Source: Octopus bimaculoides
Lineage: Eukaryota
DNA: 64,000 nucleotides
Direction of reading: 5' to 3'
Assembly: GCF_001194135.2 (NCBI RefSeq)
Contig: NC_069007.1
Location: 10,840,486 to 10,904,485 of the forward strand
The notes below the pieces were generated by a model, which worked only from the letters and a program-made list of their open reading frames with translations, was not told the DNA's origin and ran no database searches. Each line of letters begins with the position of its first letter. The first letter of the stretch is position 1. Shown here piece after piece: positions 24,340 to 37,164 of this stretch. Position numbers and translations under genes: made by a program.

Positions 24340-25050
24340 GAAAGCAGTTGACCGCTGTGTGTTCTTAATACTTTCTCCATGCAGTGTTATTTAATCTCAA
24401 TGATAAAAGTTGAAAAATTTTTAACCAATATCCTGTAATACGATCTTGACCAGGTGATTTTCTATTTGATATTTTTATCAGGACTGTATCTAGTACCGAA
24501 GTGTTGAATTTATAATTTTTGTTCAACATGCTATTTTAATTTATCTCCCCATTGAGCTTTTTCATTGAATTTATCATTCCTTCCCAAATTGATCTCCAGT
24601 AGCTTTCCATTTATTTTATTGATGGGATTTTTTTTTTACTGATTCTGTGTTGTTTTTGCTGAAGCTGCAACAGACTGGTTTGGGATTTCTAGCAATCAAT
24701 CTGTTCAGTGTTTTCCATTTATACAGGTTTATATTTTAATTTCTCAGCTGTAGCTGTTAGTTCTTGTTTCAGTTGATAAAATTTGGAATTTAAGGATTTT
24801 GTTTTTGATTCCCCAAACTACTTTCCTAGTTTATCTTTTGGCCATTTCTGGTGTTTTGTAAATTTATTGATAGTGTTGCACTTTATAATCATGATAGCCT
24901 GTGAGATAGTTCTTCAAAGAAACAGAATTTAATTTTTCAATTTGGGAACATTCAGAGCAATGTTCTAGATGTTTGCCTCTGTCTTAATTGTGCAGATGTA
25001 TAAGTGGGTTCTGATTCAATAGACTTTGATAGTTTCCTGGCTATGTCTAT
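24340..25050 (-). mobile_element. R4/Dong-like LINE, pre-RT region (probable 5' part of M)
   Basis: LKQELTATAEKLKYK...MESYWRSIWEG...KISNRKSPGQDRITGYWLK corresponds to RT domain 0 'NWKAPGPD.I..YWLK'. Confidence 0.75.
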
Positions 25051-25068
25051 ATATATATATATATTTAT

Positions 25069-25552
25069 CATTGCTATTATGCAAAGAGTCATAAGCCCAA
25101 ATGTTGCTTTTTCAGAAAATGAAAAAATAGTTTCACCATTCCATAGCAAAACCTTTGTACTACACTTTGACAATTTTTGATATCTTAGTATCTGAAGCAG
25201 CTGGAGATGTGATAGTTTGACCGAAAGAACTGGCTATTGCAAGCAAAAATAAATATTGGAAAAACACATTTGACCAAATTTGGACATACGACGGTTTAAC
25301 ATATATAAGGTTGCTATTATGCAAAAGTGTTGTAAGTCCAAAACATTGCTTTTTCAGAAAATGGAAAAACAGTTTCACCATTCCATAGCAAAAACTGTTG
25401 TGCTACACTTTAACAATTTTTGATATCTTGTAATTTGAAGAAGCTGGAGATACGATAGTTTGAGAAAAAGAACTGGCTATTGCAAGCAAAAATAATATTG
25501 AAAGGAAAAAAAAAAAGAACCTCTCATTTGGACATACAACAGTTTAACACAA
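25069..25552 (+). repeat. Diverged direct tandem duplication, unit about 242 bp
   Basis: ttgctattatgcaaa...tttcaccattccatagcaaaa...gaactggctattgcaagcaaaaataa...tttggacatac occurs twice. Confidence 0.9.
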
Positions 25553-25574
25553 CAACAACTGTGTGTGTATATAT

Positions 25575-25683
25575 TACTCTTTTACTTGTTTCAGTCATTT
25601 GACTGCGGCCATGCTGGAGCACCGCCTTTAGTCGAGCAAATCGACCCCAGGACTTATTCTTTGTAAACCTAGTACTTATTCTA
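25575..25683 (-). mobile_element. SINE A 3' part
   Basis: Tail identity with other A copies; runs into a gap. Confidence 0.85.
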
Positions 25684-25714
25684 NNNNNNNNNNNNNNNNN
25701 NNNNNNNNNNNNNN

Positions 25715-25749
<35 letters not shown>

Positions 25750-26299
25750 TATGTATGTGTATATGTGTATGTGTGTATGTGTATTTGTTTGTATGTCTGC
25801 ATGTATGTTTGTATGTACAAATGTGTGTGTTTGTGCATGCATGCACGTAAGTAGTCCATTTAAGTTGCTGGTCATTGCAAATGTAGTGATAATGAAATTT
25901 GAGATAGCTGTAGATCCATCCTTCTTCATAAATCAAGTTTCGATAGAACCGTAGTGTCGATTGGGTTTCTTTTCTTCCATTTCACATTTATGTTCCTTTC
26001 TTTGCTCAGCTTAATTCAGAAATAGTTTGCTTGTTTTCCAAAGAAAATATCAGAATCTGCACAGATGGACATTCTTTCTTCAAACTGATCTGAAAACTTC
26101 TACCAACAACCTCTGATATACATGGTTTTCGTCGCCATTTAAAATATCAACCTAAATCTAGTTCATACTTCATGTGACATATTTGAGTATTTTAATGACT
26201 TTACTGTGGAGTAGATTTCAACTTTTATATATGCGTTAGGCATATGCCATGAGTAATTACTCAGGGTAGGCAGTTGGTGATGCTTATGTAGTAATGTTG

Positions 26300-26641
26300 T
26301 TGTTGTTGGCACTCCATCGCTTACGACATCGAGGGTTCCAGTTGATCCGATCAACGGAACAGCCTGCTCGTGAAATTAACGTACAAGTGGCTGAGCACTC
26401 CATAGACACGTGTACCCTTAATGTAGTTCTCGGGGATATTCAGCGTGACACGGTGTGACAAGGCTGACCCTTTGAATTACAGGCACAACAGAAACAGGAA
26501 GTAAGAGTGATAAAAAGTTGTGGTGAAAGAGTACAGCAGGGTTCGCCACCATCCCCTGCCGGAGCCTCGTGGAGCTTTAAGTGTTTTTGCTCAATAAACA
26601 CTTACAACGCTCGGTCTGGGAATCGAAACGGCGATCCTATG
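26300..26641 (-). mobile_element. SINE family C
   Basis: Near-identical to 13138-13480. Confidence 0.9.
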
Positions 26642-27399
26642 NNNNNNNNNNNNNNNNNNNNNNNNNNNNNNNNNNNNNNNNNNNNNNNNNNNNNNNNNNN
26701 NNNNNNNNNNNNNNNNNNNNNNNNNNNNNNNNNNNNNNNNNNNNNNNNNNNNNNNNNNNNNNNNNNNNNNNNNNNNNNNNNNNNNNNNNNNNNNNNNNNN
26801 NNNNNNNNNNNNTCAACCTAAATAAGAGGGCAATTTCTGACTTTCTTGCCTGCACATTTTTCATGTTTCTTTTTCTTCTTTTGTTAATAAAAAGGGGAAA
26901 ATATTGGATAATAATGAAAAGTAAGTGATGTGATGAGGAAAAAACTGAAACAACGAGCATTTCTGCTACTGGCTGCAAGTTGTTGCTCTGACAACAGAAT
27001 ATTCTATGAAATTTAAATTCTTTTACATAAGACCATGTTGTCTGAAATTATCTCAGATTAAATAAAATCACGATATAATTTATAAACCATGTAAACTCAC
27101 ACACACACACACACACTCTCCCTCTTTCTCTCTCTTTCTTACCCAAGGTTAACTGAGCCTAAAAGCAAGCTAATTATGGGAAGATGATTTAATTAAACAA
27201 TTTGGGCCAAGATGGAAAAGAAGGAACAACAAAGAAAGAATTGGAAGCACATCATGACCAGTTGCTGGAGGGAATTAAGAGAGGTGATTTATCAAGAGTT
27301 ACGCCCCTTGCCCCACAAAAAAACTGTCCGTAGTGACTGCCAGCAAAAATGGTCTGAATTGAGGGTAGCATGGGGCTAATATGTGTGCAGCAGGTTTTG

Positions 27400-28145
27400 A
27401 AGTGGGTATTGTGTAGATGGCCAAGTCTGTAAACATATATGTGGTAGATGTGTTAAGTGTGTTTATGTGTGTATGGTTTGGTGTGGTCAGAACTTTGCTG
27501 GGCTCTCAGATTGTGATGGTGGATGTCCTTATGTTTATAATCGTGATGGAACTTGTAGGTAAGTGATCATGTATTTTCTTTTATAAGGGCATGAGTGGAA
27601 TAATTTATTCCTGCACTTTAAATGGGTATCTGATTGAAGAGAGCTTTTTAACATAATTCTTTTTTTTTTTGCTTAGGCATTGCTTGCACTTCTTCAGCAC
27701 TCATCACTTGAAGTTGTAATCCATGATCTTTTCCTTCAATGACCATATATGCTTAGCCATGGCTGTGATATTGTGTTTATCCTGGATATTAAGGGAAGAC
27801 TTATGGTTGTTAAATCAAGTTCTGAAAGGACCTTCTGTCATGCCCACAAACTTCCAAACATCACACTATCTGCTTGGGGTCCTTTGATGACACATATACA
27901 ACTGTCTTTTTGTTGCAGTAGTCATTAAGGGAATATATAGTGTTGCTTGTGTACAAGCATCCTGCCTCTGTTTTAAGTGTGGATTTACCTAACGATATTT
28001 CGTTTATACTGGATGCACAGCTAAAAGAAACTCTTAAGATGTGTCTGTTAAATATTTTGTGGAACCTATTTGTAGACAGAAAGTGTTTATCTCTAAGTTA
28101 AGGAAGATCATACCTACACAAGTTTTTATGCTTATCCACCCACAC
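27400..28145 (-). mobile_element. Penelope-like element, GIY-YIG endonuclease region and 3' end
   Basis: [38 protein letters not shown], then FVGMTEGPFRT*FNNHKSSL...TAMAKHIWSLKE, matching PLE 'YIG.TE..FK.R..NHKSSF...ST.LSK.IW.LK'. Confidence 0.8.
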
Positions 28146-28207
28146 ATCTGTACATTCATCCAGCCATCTCTCTTTCTCTCTCTCCCCCTCTCTCTCTTTC
28201 CCTTCCT

Positions 28208-28292
<85 letters not shown>

Positions 28293-28593
28293 TACATACA
28301 TACATACATACATACATACATACACACAAGCATACATAAATATATTGTTTCTGATTTTGACAGTTAAGAAATAGTTAACTAAAGAGTAATGCCAAAATCA
28401 TTGATAATTTCTTCATCCTTTCTTTTCTTCTTAGTTTTGCTTGCTTTTTATATTTTCTATGTTTATGTTGTGGAATCTCTGGTAAACTCCAGGGAAGATG
28501 GCTGTCCACTTTGCAGGAACTGAGCTGATTCACATGGCATGGATGTGATGTACTTTAAATCAATTGTTTATGTACTTGCCTGTTTATCTGTCT

Positions 28594-28634
<41 letters not shown>

Positions 28635-28879
28635 TGTATGGATGGAGGTAGGTAGATAGATTGGTAGGTAGATAGATTGGTAGGTAGATAAGTAGGTTGG
28701 TATGCGTATATGTGGTGGTGGTTTGGCAGAATCATTAGAACATTCAATAAAATGCCTTTTGCAATTAAAGTTCATATCCTGTAAAGGTCAATCTGTCTTT
28801 CATTCTCTCAGAAATACAGTTTCAGCCAAGTTCTATGATACAATCTTCTTTCCTTCCAGCTGTTAAATTATGGATATTC

Positions 28880-31295
28880 TTCAGGATGAAGAGTGGTTAA
28901 GTCTAGAACATATCTGTACATGCTAGCCTTATTTCTTTCCTATTTTCTCATATCCTCTGCGTCTAAGACCCATATCTCATTACCATGTAGCATTGCAGTT
29001 CTAACACAAGCATCGTATAATCTGCCTTTCATATAATCTGTGGGATTAAATAATCTTTCGTATAATCTGTGGGAAAAGACATTTGTTGCCAATAGCAATA
29101 GTAACTCCCTGAACTTTTTCCAGCCTGTTCTTACCCTGGTTGCCATACTCTCAGAACAACCACCTTCACTGCCATGCATGTCATGACTTCCAGTAAGTCC
29201 CTTGAGCATTTAAGAGAATGCTTTTCCGGTGTGCTCTTTGTGCTTGTTGCCTCAGTGCATCTGCCACATACAAATCCTGCCTCCATTGTTAGTCTGTCTG
29301 TGATTTCACTACACCTCTTGTGTGTCCCAATATGACACTGTGTCCCTAGATGACACTGTGTCCCAAGATGACACTGTGTCCCAAGATGACACTAGATGAT
29401 ACCTCTTGTGTGTCCCTAGATGAGTAAAGCAGATGGAGTTCCTACTTACTCATTTTCTACATCCTGAGCAAGGCTTTTTTCCCTGATGGGACCATGATCC
29501 TGTCTTCTGTTTTACATCTAACTTATGCTATGTTTACTGTCAGACCTCTTAATTCTAGCTTCTATGTCTGGAATTTCTACTCTAATTCTACTAAAGATTC
29601 AGCTGTAAAAACTAAATCATCAACATAAAATAGTTCCCAAGGACAGTCAGTCATGAAGTCCTCTGTGTAGGACTATAGGGGTTGTAGGCTGAACTTTTAC
29701 AGACTCCTGTCTTCAAGCTGAAGTCATTGTTAAACTCATTGCTGACTTTTACATTACTAACTGCACCCTTGTATATACTTTGTACAGCTCTAACAAGCCT
29801 TTCATTTTAGGCTTTTGAGAACTGTACATGATGATCCAGTCTCAGTCTTTTCTATTGTGATTGCTGTAGGAAGTGCTCTGATAAACTTTCTCTCTTAATT
29901 CCAGATCACCTGACTTGAAACGCAGAGTATCTTCACCCAAATGCTGTTGTGCTTCAATGAATAAGGAAGTCTTTTAATAGTCATAGCTTTGGAACTATCC
30001 TCCTTCTCATTGTTTTTCTCCTTCTTATGACCTGAACTCTTTCAGGTCTGAAGTAAGTTCATTCCTTTTGTCTTAACTTCTTCTTCATAGTCCCTTACGC
30101 TAAATGGCTTCTCACCTTATTTGGGGCTTTCTTATATAAAAAAAAAAACCCATCAGATTACTGAGTATGGTACCCAGTCAAAATCCTTCTCTAAGTTATC
30201 AAATGCCATGTATAGTACTTTATCCTTAGTTAAGTACTTCTGGTGTTGCCTCACCTGGAAGGTGGTATCTGTGGTAGCACCTCTGAGAATAAAACCAAAC
30301 TGATAGAGTGTGGCACTTCTTCACACAGCCGTATGAATGAAAACAGCCATGTGAAGAAGTCCTGCACTATAACAGTGTAGGGAACCTGTGGAAGAGGTAG
30401 AGCCAGGAAGACATGGGATGAAATAGTGAAGCATGTATCTTTGAATGTTGAGCTTCATGGAAGCAATGCCAAGTGAACAAGACCTTTGGCAATACACTGA
30501 GCTTGAGAAGACCCGTCAAGCTAAGTGAGATCATAGTCATGGCTGGTGTCACATAACTGGCATGTAAAAAGCACCCTTCAAACATTGGGCAATATGTTGT
30601 ACTTGAGACGACCTGTCAAGCCAAGTGAAATTGGAGTCATGGCCGATATCAGTGCCATCTGACTGGCACCCATGCTGGTAGCATGTAAAAAAGCAGCATT
30701 TGAGCACTGGGCCTCATGGAGGCAGTGACAGGAGACTAAGACCTTTGGCAATATACTGTGCTTGTGTAGACCTGTCAAGCCAAGTGAGAGTGTAGTCGCG
30801 GCCGATGCCGGTGTCAGATCAATGGCGCCTGTGCCATTGATCTGACAATGCACCCATTGTCCAATGCACCAATGCACAAATCATAAAAAGCACCCACCAC
30901 ACTTTTGGTGTGGTTGGCATTAGGAAGGGCTTCCAGTTGTAGAAACCTTGTCAGATCAGATTGGAACCTGGTGCAGCTCCCTGACTTATCAGTTCTCGGT
31001 CAAACCATCCAACCCATGGCAGCATGGAAAACAGACGTTAAATGATGATGATGATGTGTTTCACTAACATTATTCTGTGGTATTTTCTTTGACCTTCCAT
31101 ACCCTCATCAAAAAATTCGATGTCTCTGCAATTTCCACTCCCTTACACGTCTCCTTTGTCCCTGTAGCAATTTACATTGATGCTGCTACACCAGTCATTC
31201 GGTATGACACCTTCCTGTATTAACTGATTAACTATTCAGGTTATTAACATGTACCCTACTTTGCCAGATATTTTGAGCATCTCAGCAACATGGAA
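28880..31295 (-). mobile_element. RTE-clade LINE RT region, decayed, interrupted at 30320-31055
   Basis: AEMLKISGKVGY...QEGVIPNDWCSS (31060-31295); QFGFILRGATTD...KYLTKDKVLYMAFDNLEKDFD; CPWELFYVDDL; RVRTGWKKFREL...KGRLYDACVRTAMLHG. Confidence 0.85.
30320..31055 (+). mobile_element. RTE 3' UTR/tail copy inserted antisense into the RTE relic
   Basis: Modular 3' UTR ending ggcattaggaagggc...catggaaaacagacgttaaatgatgatgatgat. Confidence 0.8.
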
Positions 31296-31923
31296 ACAAA
31301 CTAGGGTGGTGTAGTGGTAGCGAATCAGGATATTGTTAATTGAAGCCAGCATCGAAGAATGATAACAATAGAGAGAACATGAACAATAACATGCACAACT
31401 TCCCAATGCAACTGAAAACAATCTTTATATTGAAATAGGAAGATAAAATGATAAAATAGGTGCAGTAAATGAGGAAGAGGTAGGCTTGTGTGTGTATGAG
31501 TGTGGGTGGGTGGGTATGGATATATACACCCACATGCACAAGTATACACACATACACACCCATATATATATAAAGTGTATAATATATATATACTTGTACA
31601 ATATATAGTACATATATATGTATGCGTGCGTGTGTGTAAATATATATTAATTATGTATAAATATCTATATATATTTATACATATATATATGTGTATATAT
31701 ATATGTATATGTATTGTGCGTGTATATATGTATTATGTGTGTGTATATATATGTATGTATATGTGTATGTATATATATATATATGTATATGTGTATGTAT
31801 ATATATATGTATATACATACATACATACACAGGTATGTAAATATACAGACACCTACACATATATGCATGTATGTGTATTCATATGTGTGTGAGTGTGTGT
31901 ATGTGTGTGTGTANNNNNNNNNN

Positions 31924-31974
<51 letters not shown>

Positions 31975-32384
31975 GTATATATATAACTAAATATATACAT
32001 ATATATATGCATAGATACACATAAATGTATACAGGAAATATCAGCTTTTGTTCCATTAGTTCAAATTATTTTAAAGTTACCATCGTCATTGTCTCACTAT
32101 CATCATTATCATCATCGTCATCATCATCTTCATCCCTGTTGTCATTATTCTATTATTGTTACTATGGACCTGCTCCAAACATTACCATCATCAGTTTCAC
32201 CATTTGCAACATCATTAAACTTCCTCCCACCTATCATTATGTTTGCTTTTATCATCATAATTTTCACCATTTTTACACCTTCATACACATCGGTACATTA
32301 ATCTGAGACTGTTTCACATGTATATTTTACACATTCACAGTTGGACATATATGTATCTATATGTATGTATCTATGTCTGTGTGT

Positions 32385-32728
32385 GGAGGCGCAATGGCCC
32401 AGTGGTTAGGGCAGCGGACTCGCGGTCATAGGATCGCGGTTTCGATTCCCAGACTGGACATTGTGAGTGTTTATTGAGTGAAAACACCTAAAGCTCCACG
32501 AGGCTCCGGCAGGGGATGGTGGTGAACTCTGCTCTACTCTTCCACCACAACTTTCTCTCATTCTTACTTCCTGTTTCTGTTGTGCCTGTAATTCAAAAGG
32601 TCAGCCTTGTCACGCTGAATATCCCCGAGAACTACGTTAAGGGTACACGTGTCTGTGGAGTGCTCAGCCACTTGCACGTTAATTTCACGAGCAGGCTGTT
32701 CCGTTGATCGGATCAACTGGAACTCTCG
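32385..32728 (+). mobile_element. SINE family C with intact tRNA-like head
   Basis: GGCGCAATGGCCCAGTGGTTAGGGCAGCGG...GGTTTCGATTCCC carries A and B boxes. The body matches other C copies. Confidence 0.9.
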
Positions 32729-33717
32729 NNNNNNNNNNNNNNNNNNNNNNNNNNNNNNNNNNNNNNNNNNNNNNNNNNNNNNNNNNNNNNNNNNNNNNNN
32801 NNNNNNNNNNNNNNNNNNNNNNNNNNNNNNNNNNNNNNNNNNNNNNNNNNNNNNNNNNNNNNNNNNNNNNNNNNNNNNNNNNNNNNNNNNNNNNNNNNNN
32901 NNNNNNNNNNNNNNNNNNNNNNNNNNNNNNNNNNNNNNNNNNNNNNNNNNNNNNNNNNNNNNNNNNNNNNNNNNNNNNNNNNNNNNNNNNNNNNNNNNNN
33001 NNNNNNNNNNNNNNNNNNNNNNNNNNNNNNNNNNNNNNNNNNNNNNNNNNNNNNNNNNNNNNNNNNNNNNNNNNNNNNNNNNNNNNNNNNNNNNNNNNNN
33101 NNNNNNNNNNNNNNNNTATGCATGTATATCTCTCTCATACATATACAGAGACATATGCACAGATATATACACATACATATACACATACATATACGTATAC
33201 ATACATATATATATACACATACATATACACAGACACATACATATATTTATACGCATACACATACATATATACACATACATATACACACATTCACATACAT
33301 ATATACACATACATATACACATATATATATACACATATATATACATACAGACACATACATATATACGCATACATATACACATACATATATACACATACAT
33401 ATACACACATATACACACATATATATACATATACATATACACATATACACATCAACAAAGAAATTACACAGATATAAGAGCTAGAACTAGTGGTCCGCCC
33501 GTGGACCTTTTCCACTGGAAATTTTTGCTTGCCACACTAAAAAGTTTCCCCACCCTTGGTCAAGAGTGATGGCATTTATGTATATGAGGGTATTAATATT
33601 TCAGTAACATCACATGATTCCATGTGCTCACCAGCGACATTGTTGAGAACTCTAAACTCTAAACATTAGAACAGTTGGATTTTTTCTTAATCTTGTTAAG
33701 AAAGATCTGATACTTAC

Positions 33718-33801
33718 TGAGAGTTTTGAGGAAGTAGAAAAGATTTCTCGGATGTTTCCAAGTTGAATATATTCCACAGTTGTTTCTGTTGTCTCAGCCA
33801 T
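33718..33801 (-). CDS. Candidate host coding exon (unverified)
   Basis: aatATGG start, MAETTETTVEYIQLGNIREIFSTSSKLS, then canonical phase-0 donor A|GTAAGTAT. The frame is open for 64 codons (33718-33909). Confidence 0.3.
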
Positions 33802-34373
33802 ATTTGGAGAGGCATGAGAATTTGGTGATGGTGGCAGTGGTGTGTTTACATTGTTTTTGATCTCTCTTCTGGCAGGTTTTGGCCGGTTTTTTGAGAAGAT
33901 TGATTTATATCACAAAAGCAAGCAATTTTTGTATGTATGTATGCATGTATGTATGTATTTGTGTGCTGTGTATGTGTGGGTGTGTGTTTGTGAGTTGTGT
34001 ATGTGCGTGTGAATGTGTGTGTATGTATGTATGTGTGTGTGTGTGTGTGTATCTCTCTCTGCGTATATGTGTATGTATGAATGAATGTATGTGTGTGTGT
34101 GTGTGTGTGTGCATGTATGCATGTATGTATGTATGTGTGTGAATGTGTGTGTATATGTGTGTGTATGTGTGTGTATGCATGTGTGTGTATGTGCGTAGGT
34201 GTGTGTATGTATGTATGTATGTACGTACGCATGTATACCTGCATGAATATGTATTAGGAGGTTTGGAAAGTAATTTTACCACAATGAAATATAAATNNNN
34301 NNNNNNTGTGCGTAGGTGTGTGTATGTATGTATGTATGTATGTATGTATGTATGCATGCCTGCATGAATATGT

Positions 34374-34912
34374 ATTAGGAGGTTTGGAAAGTAATTTTAC
34401 CACAATGAAATATAAATCAACCAATCATGTTAGAACCAAGGTTGAATGGGTGGGGACTGTCGCAAAATAGTTTATATCACCTCTTCTATCCAACAGGATG
34501 TCATACATAGTTATTCTGGTAATTAAACCCAAGGAAGATAAGAACTTTATGTAACAACATATTCACCATTGCTTACTGTATGAGTCAACAAAGAAAACTA
34601 CTGCTACAGAAGCAATAAAAATCATCTGCAAAGTGTATCCAGATGCAGTGAAAGCTTGGACATGTCAGCTTTGGTTGAAAAAGTTTCAGGGTGGCAATTG
34701 TGACATATCTGACAAGCCTCGCTCTAGAAGATGACCCACTTCGAACGACAACATTTTGAGTGAGGCTCTTGTATTGGATCCATGTCAAAGCACCAGAGAT
34801 TTGGCACAAACATTTCATGTGCCATGTTCAACTATTCACGAGCATCTCAAACAAATTGGGAAAACATGCAAAGAGGGAATTTGGGTTCCGCACGAGAACT
34901 GAATACAATGTT
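34374..34912 (+). mobile_element. Mariner (SETMAR/Hsmar-like) 5' half
   Basis: ATEAIKIICKVYPDAVKAWTCQLWLKKFQGGNCDISDKPRS...DPCQSTRDLAQTFHVPCSTIHEHLKQIGKTCKEGIWVPHE contains the HTH domains and the WVPHEL motif. Confidence 0.9.
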
Positions 34913-35090
34913 CAACCATCTGCAGCAGTCTTTTCACCTGGAATAACAACCATCTTCAGCAGTTTTCTCACCTGGAATATCAACCATCTGCAGCAGTCTT
35001 CTCACCTGGAATAACAACCATCTGCAGCAGTCTTCTCACCTGGAATAACAACCATCTGCAGCAGTCTTCTCACCTGGAATATCAACCTTT
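34913..35090. repeat. 34-bp minisatellite, 5 copies plus a partial
   Basis: caaccatctgcagcagtcttctcacctggaata(a/t) starts at 34913, 34947, 34981, 35015 and 35049, with a partial at 35083. Confidence 0.95.
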
Positions 35091-35274
35091 CATTTGTACC
35101 AGGTTACCTGTATTAGCTTTGGCCTCTTCTGGCTTTGTTATTGATAGATTTTGGCCTCTTCTGGCTTTGTCAATGATAGATACCATGCAGCTGGCAATTG
35201 CAGGACTGCTGTGCTAGCGATATACATAAATATACAGAGCTAAATCAGGTACTGATGATGAATATATTGATCAT

Positions 35275-35990
35275 CAGGGCATACCAGCAGATGGCTTTTA
35301 CACTGTCTTGCATATAGGCATGGACAAGCTATTCAGCTTACCTCCTTTCTAGTAACATGATGTTGTTACTGTAAATTCTTTTCCAGTAACATGATGTTGA
35401 TAAGATACAAAAATGGTGAAACATCAATGTACATTGCTCCTGGATAAAATTTAGGGTGAATTGTCTCACCTGTCTAAAACATTTGCGTGTTTTAACACTG
35501 GGTAGTTTCAAAGAGTCATCTCTACTCTGTAAAATCGCAGCATACTGGCAAACAACCAAAGCATATATACTGTGCATGTGTGTTCAACAATATCTACAAC
35601 ACAAGTGCTGCTCTAATTCATATTTGAATTTATTCCTAAATATGCTCTGTCAGGGCACACCAGCAAATGGTTTTCACACTTTCTTGCATATATGGTCATA
35701 GGCTGGCTATTCAGTTTGGTTCCAGTACATGATGTTGATAAGACACGGAAATGGTGTCACATCGATGTCAATCACTCCTGGATAGGATTTGGGATGCGTT
35801 CTCTCACCTGTCTATGACTTTAGGTGTTGTAACGTCTGGCGCTTTGAAAGAATCATCTCCACTGTGTCACATTGCAGCTGACTGATGAGCAGGCAAATCA
35901 CATGGATTGAGTATGTGTGTTTGATTAAGTTTACAATACTAACAATACTTCTAGTTCATATTTGAATGTATTCCTATGTATTGATCATTG
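35275..35990 (+). repeat. Old direct tandem duplication, unit about 340 bp
   Basis: Paired anchors: tcagggca(t/c)accagca (35275/35650), tctcacctgtcta (about 35464/35802) and ttcatatttgaat (35617/35956). Confidence 0.85.
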
Positions 35991-36019
35991 TGGCATTTGA
36001 GCAGATCGATTTTACACTC

Positions 36020-36345
<326 letters not shown>

Positions 36346-36734
36346 AGACAGTGAGATATCACTGATCGTTAGTGCATGCACTACAAATCACCTGCAATTT
36401 TATGTTGTTTAAGTCGGTGCTGTTACTGTATATCTGCTATTTAATCTGTGCTATATTTTCTCTGAAATTGTCTCACTTGTGTCATAAGTAATGAAGAAAG
36501 AGAAAAAATAAAGAAGGAGGGAAGAGGAAAAAGAGGAAGAAGGAGAAAATGCAAGGAAAAATGAAGAATATGGGAATAGAGAAGATATAAATAAAAGAGG
36601 AAAGAAATTTTAAAGAAGGTGACAAGTAATGGAAAAGAGGAACAGAGAGGGAGAAAGGGGAAAATGGCAGAGAAGGAAACATTTTGAAGATGACAAATTG
36701 AAATAATAATAATTTGTTTCCAACAACAACAACA

Positions 36735-37164
36735 ACAACAACAACAATAATAATCCTTTCTACTGGAAGCACAAGGCCTCAAATTTTTGAGGAAGGGATT
36801 AAGTCGATTACATCGAACCCAGTACATAACTGGTACTAATTTTATTGACCCCAAAAGGATGAAGGGCAAAGTCGACCTTGGTGGAATTCAAACTCAAAAT
36901 CTAACAGTGGACGAAATACCGTTAAGCATTTCGACTGGCATGCTAACGTTTCTTATTTCTTTATTGCCCACAAGGGGCTAAGCATAGAGGGGACAAACAA
37001 GGACAGACAAAGGGATTAAGTCGATTACATCGACCCCAGTGCGTAACTGGTACTTACTTTATCGACCCCCGAAAGGATGAAAGGCAAAGTCAACCTTGGC
37101 GGAATTTGAACTGAGAACGTAATGGCAGAAGAAATACCGCTAAGCATTTCGCCCGGCGTATCTT
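36735..37164 (-). mobile_element. Two tandem SINE B copies
   Basis: gtcgattacatcga...gaaaggcaaagtc repeats at about 36803 and 37021. Confidence 0.85.

Noticed and set aside
31168-31201. Plus-strand micro-exon with good splice signals (IYIDAATPVIR)
   Set aside because: It is the antisense of RTE RT sequence (EGVIPNDWCSS).
34189-34417. Direct repeat of about 110 bp
   Set aside because: The copies flank a 10-N gap; most likely an unmerged contig overlap.
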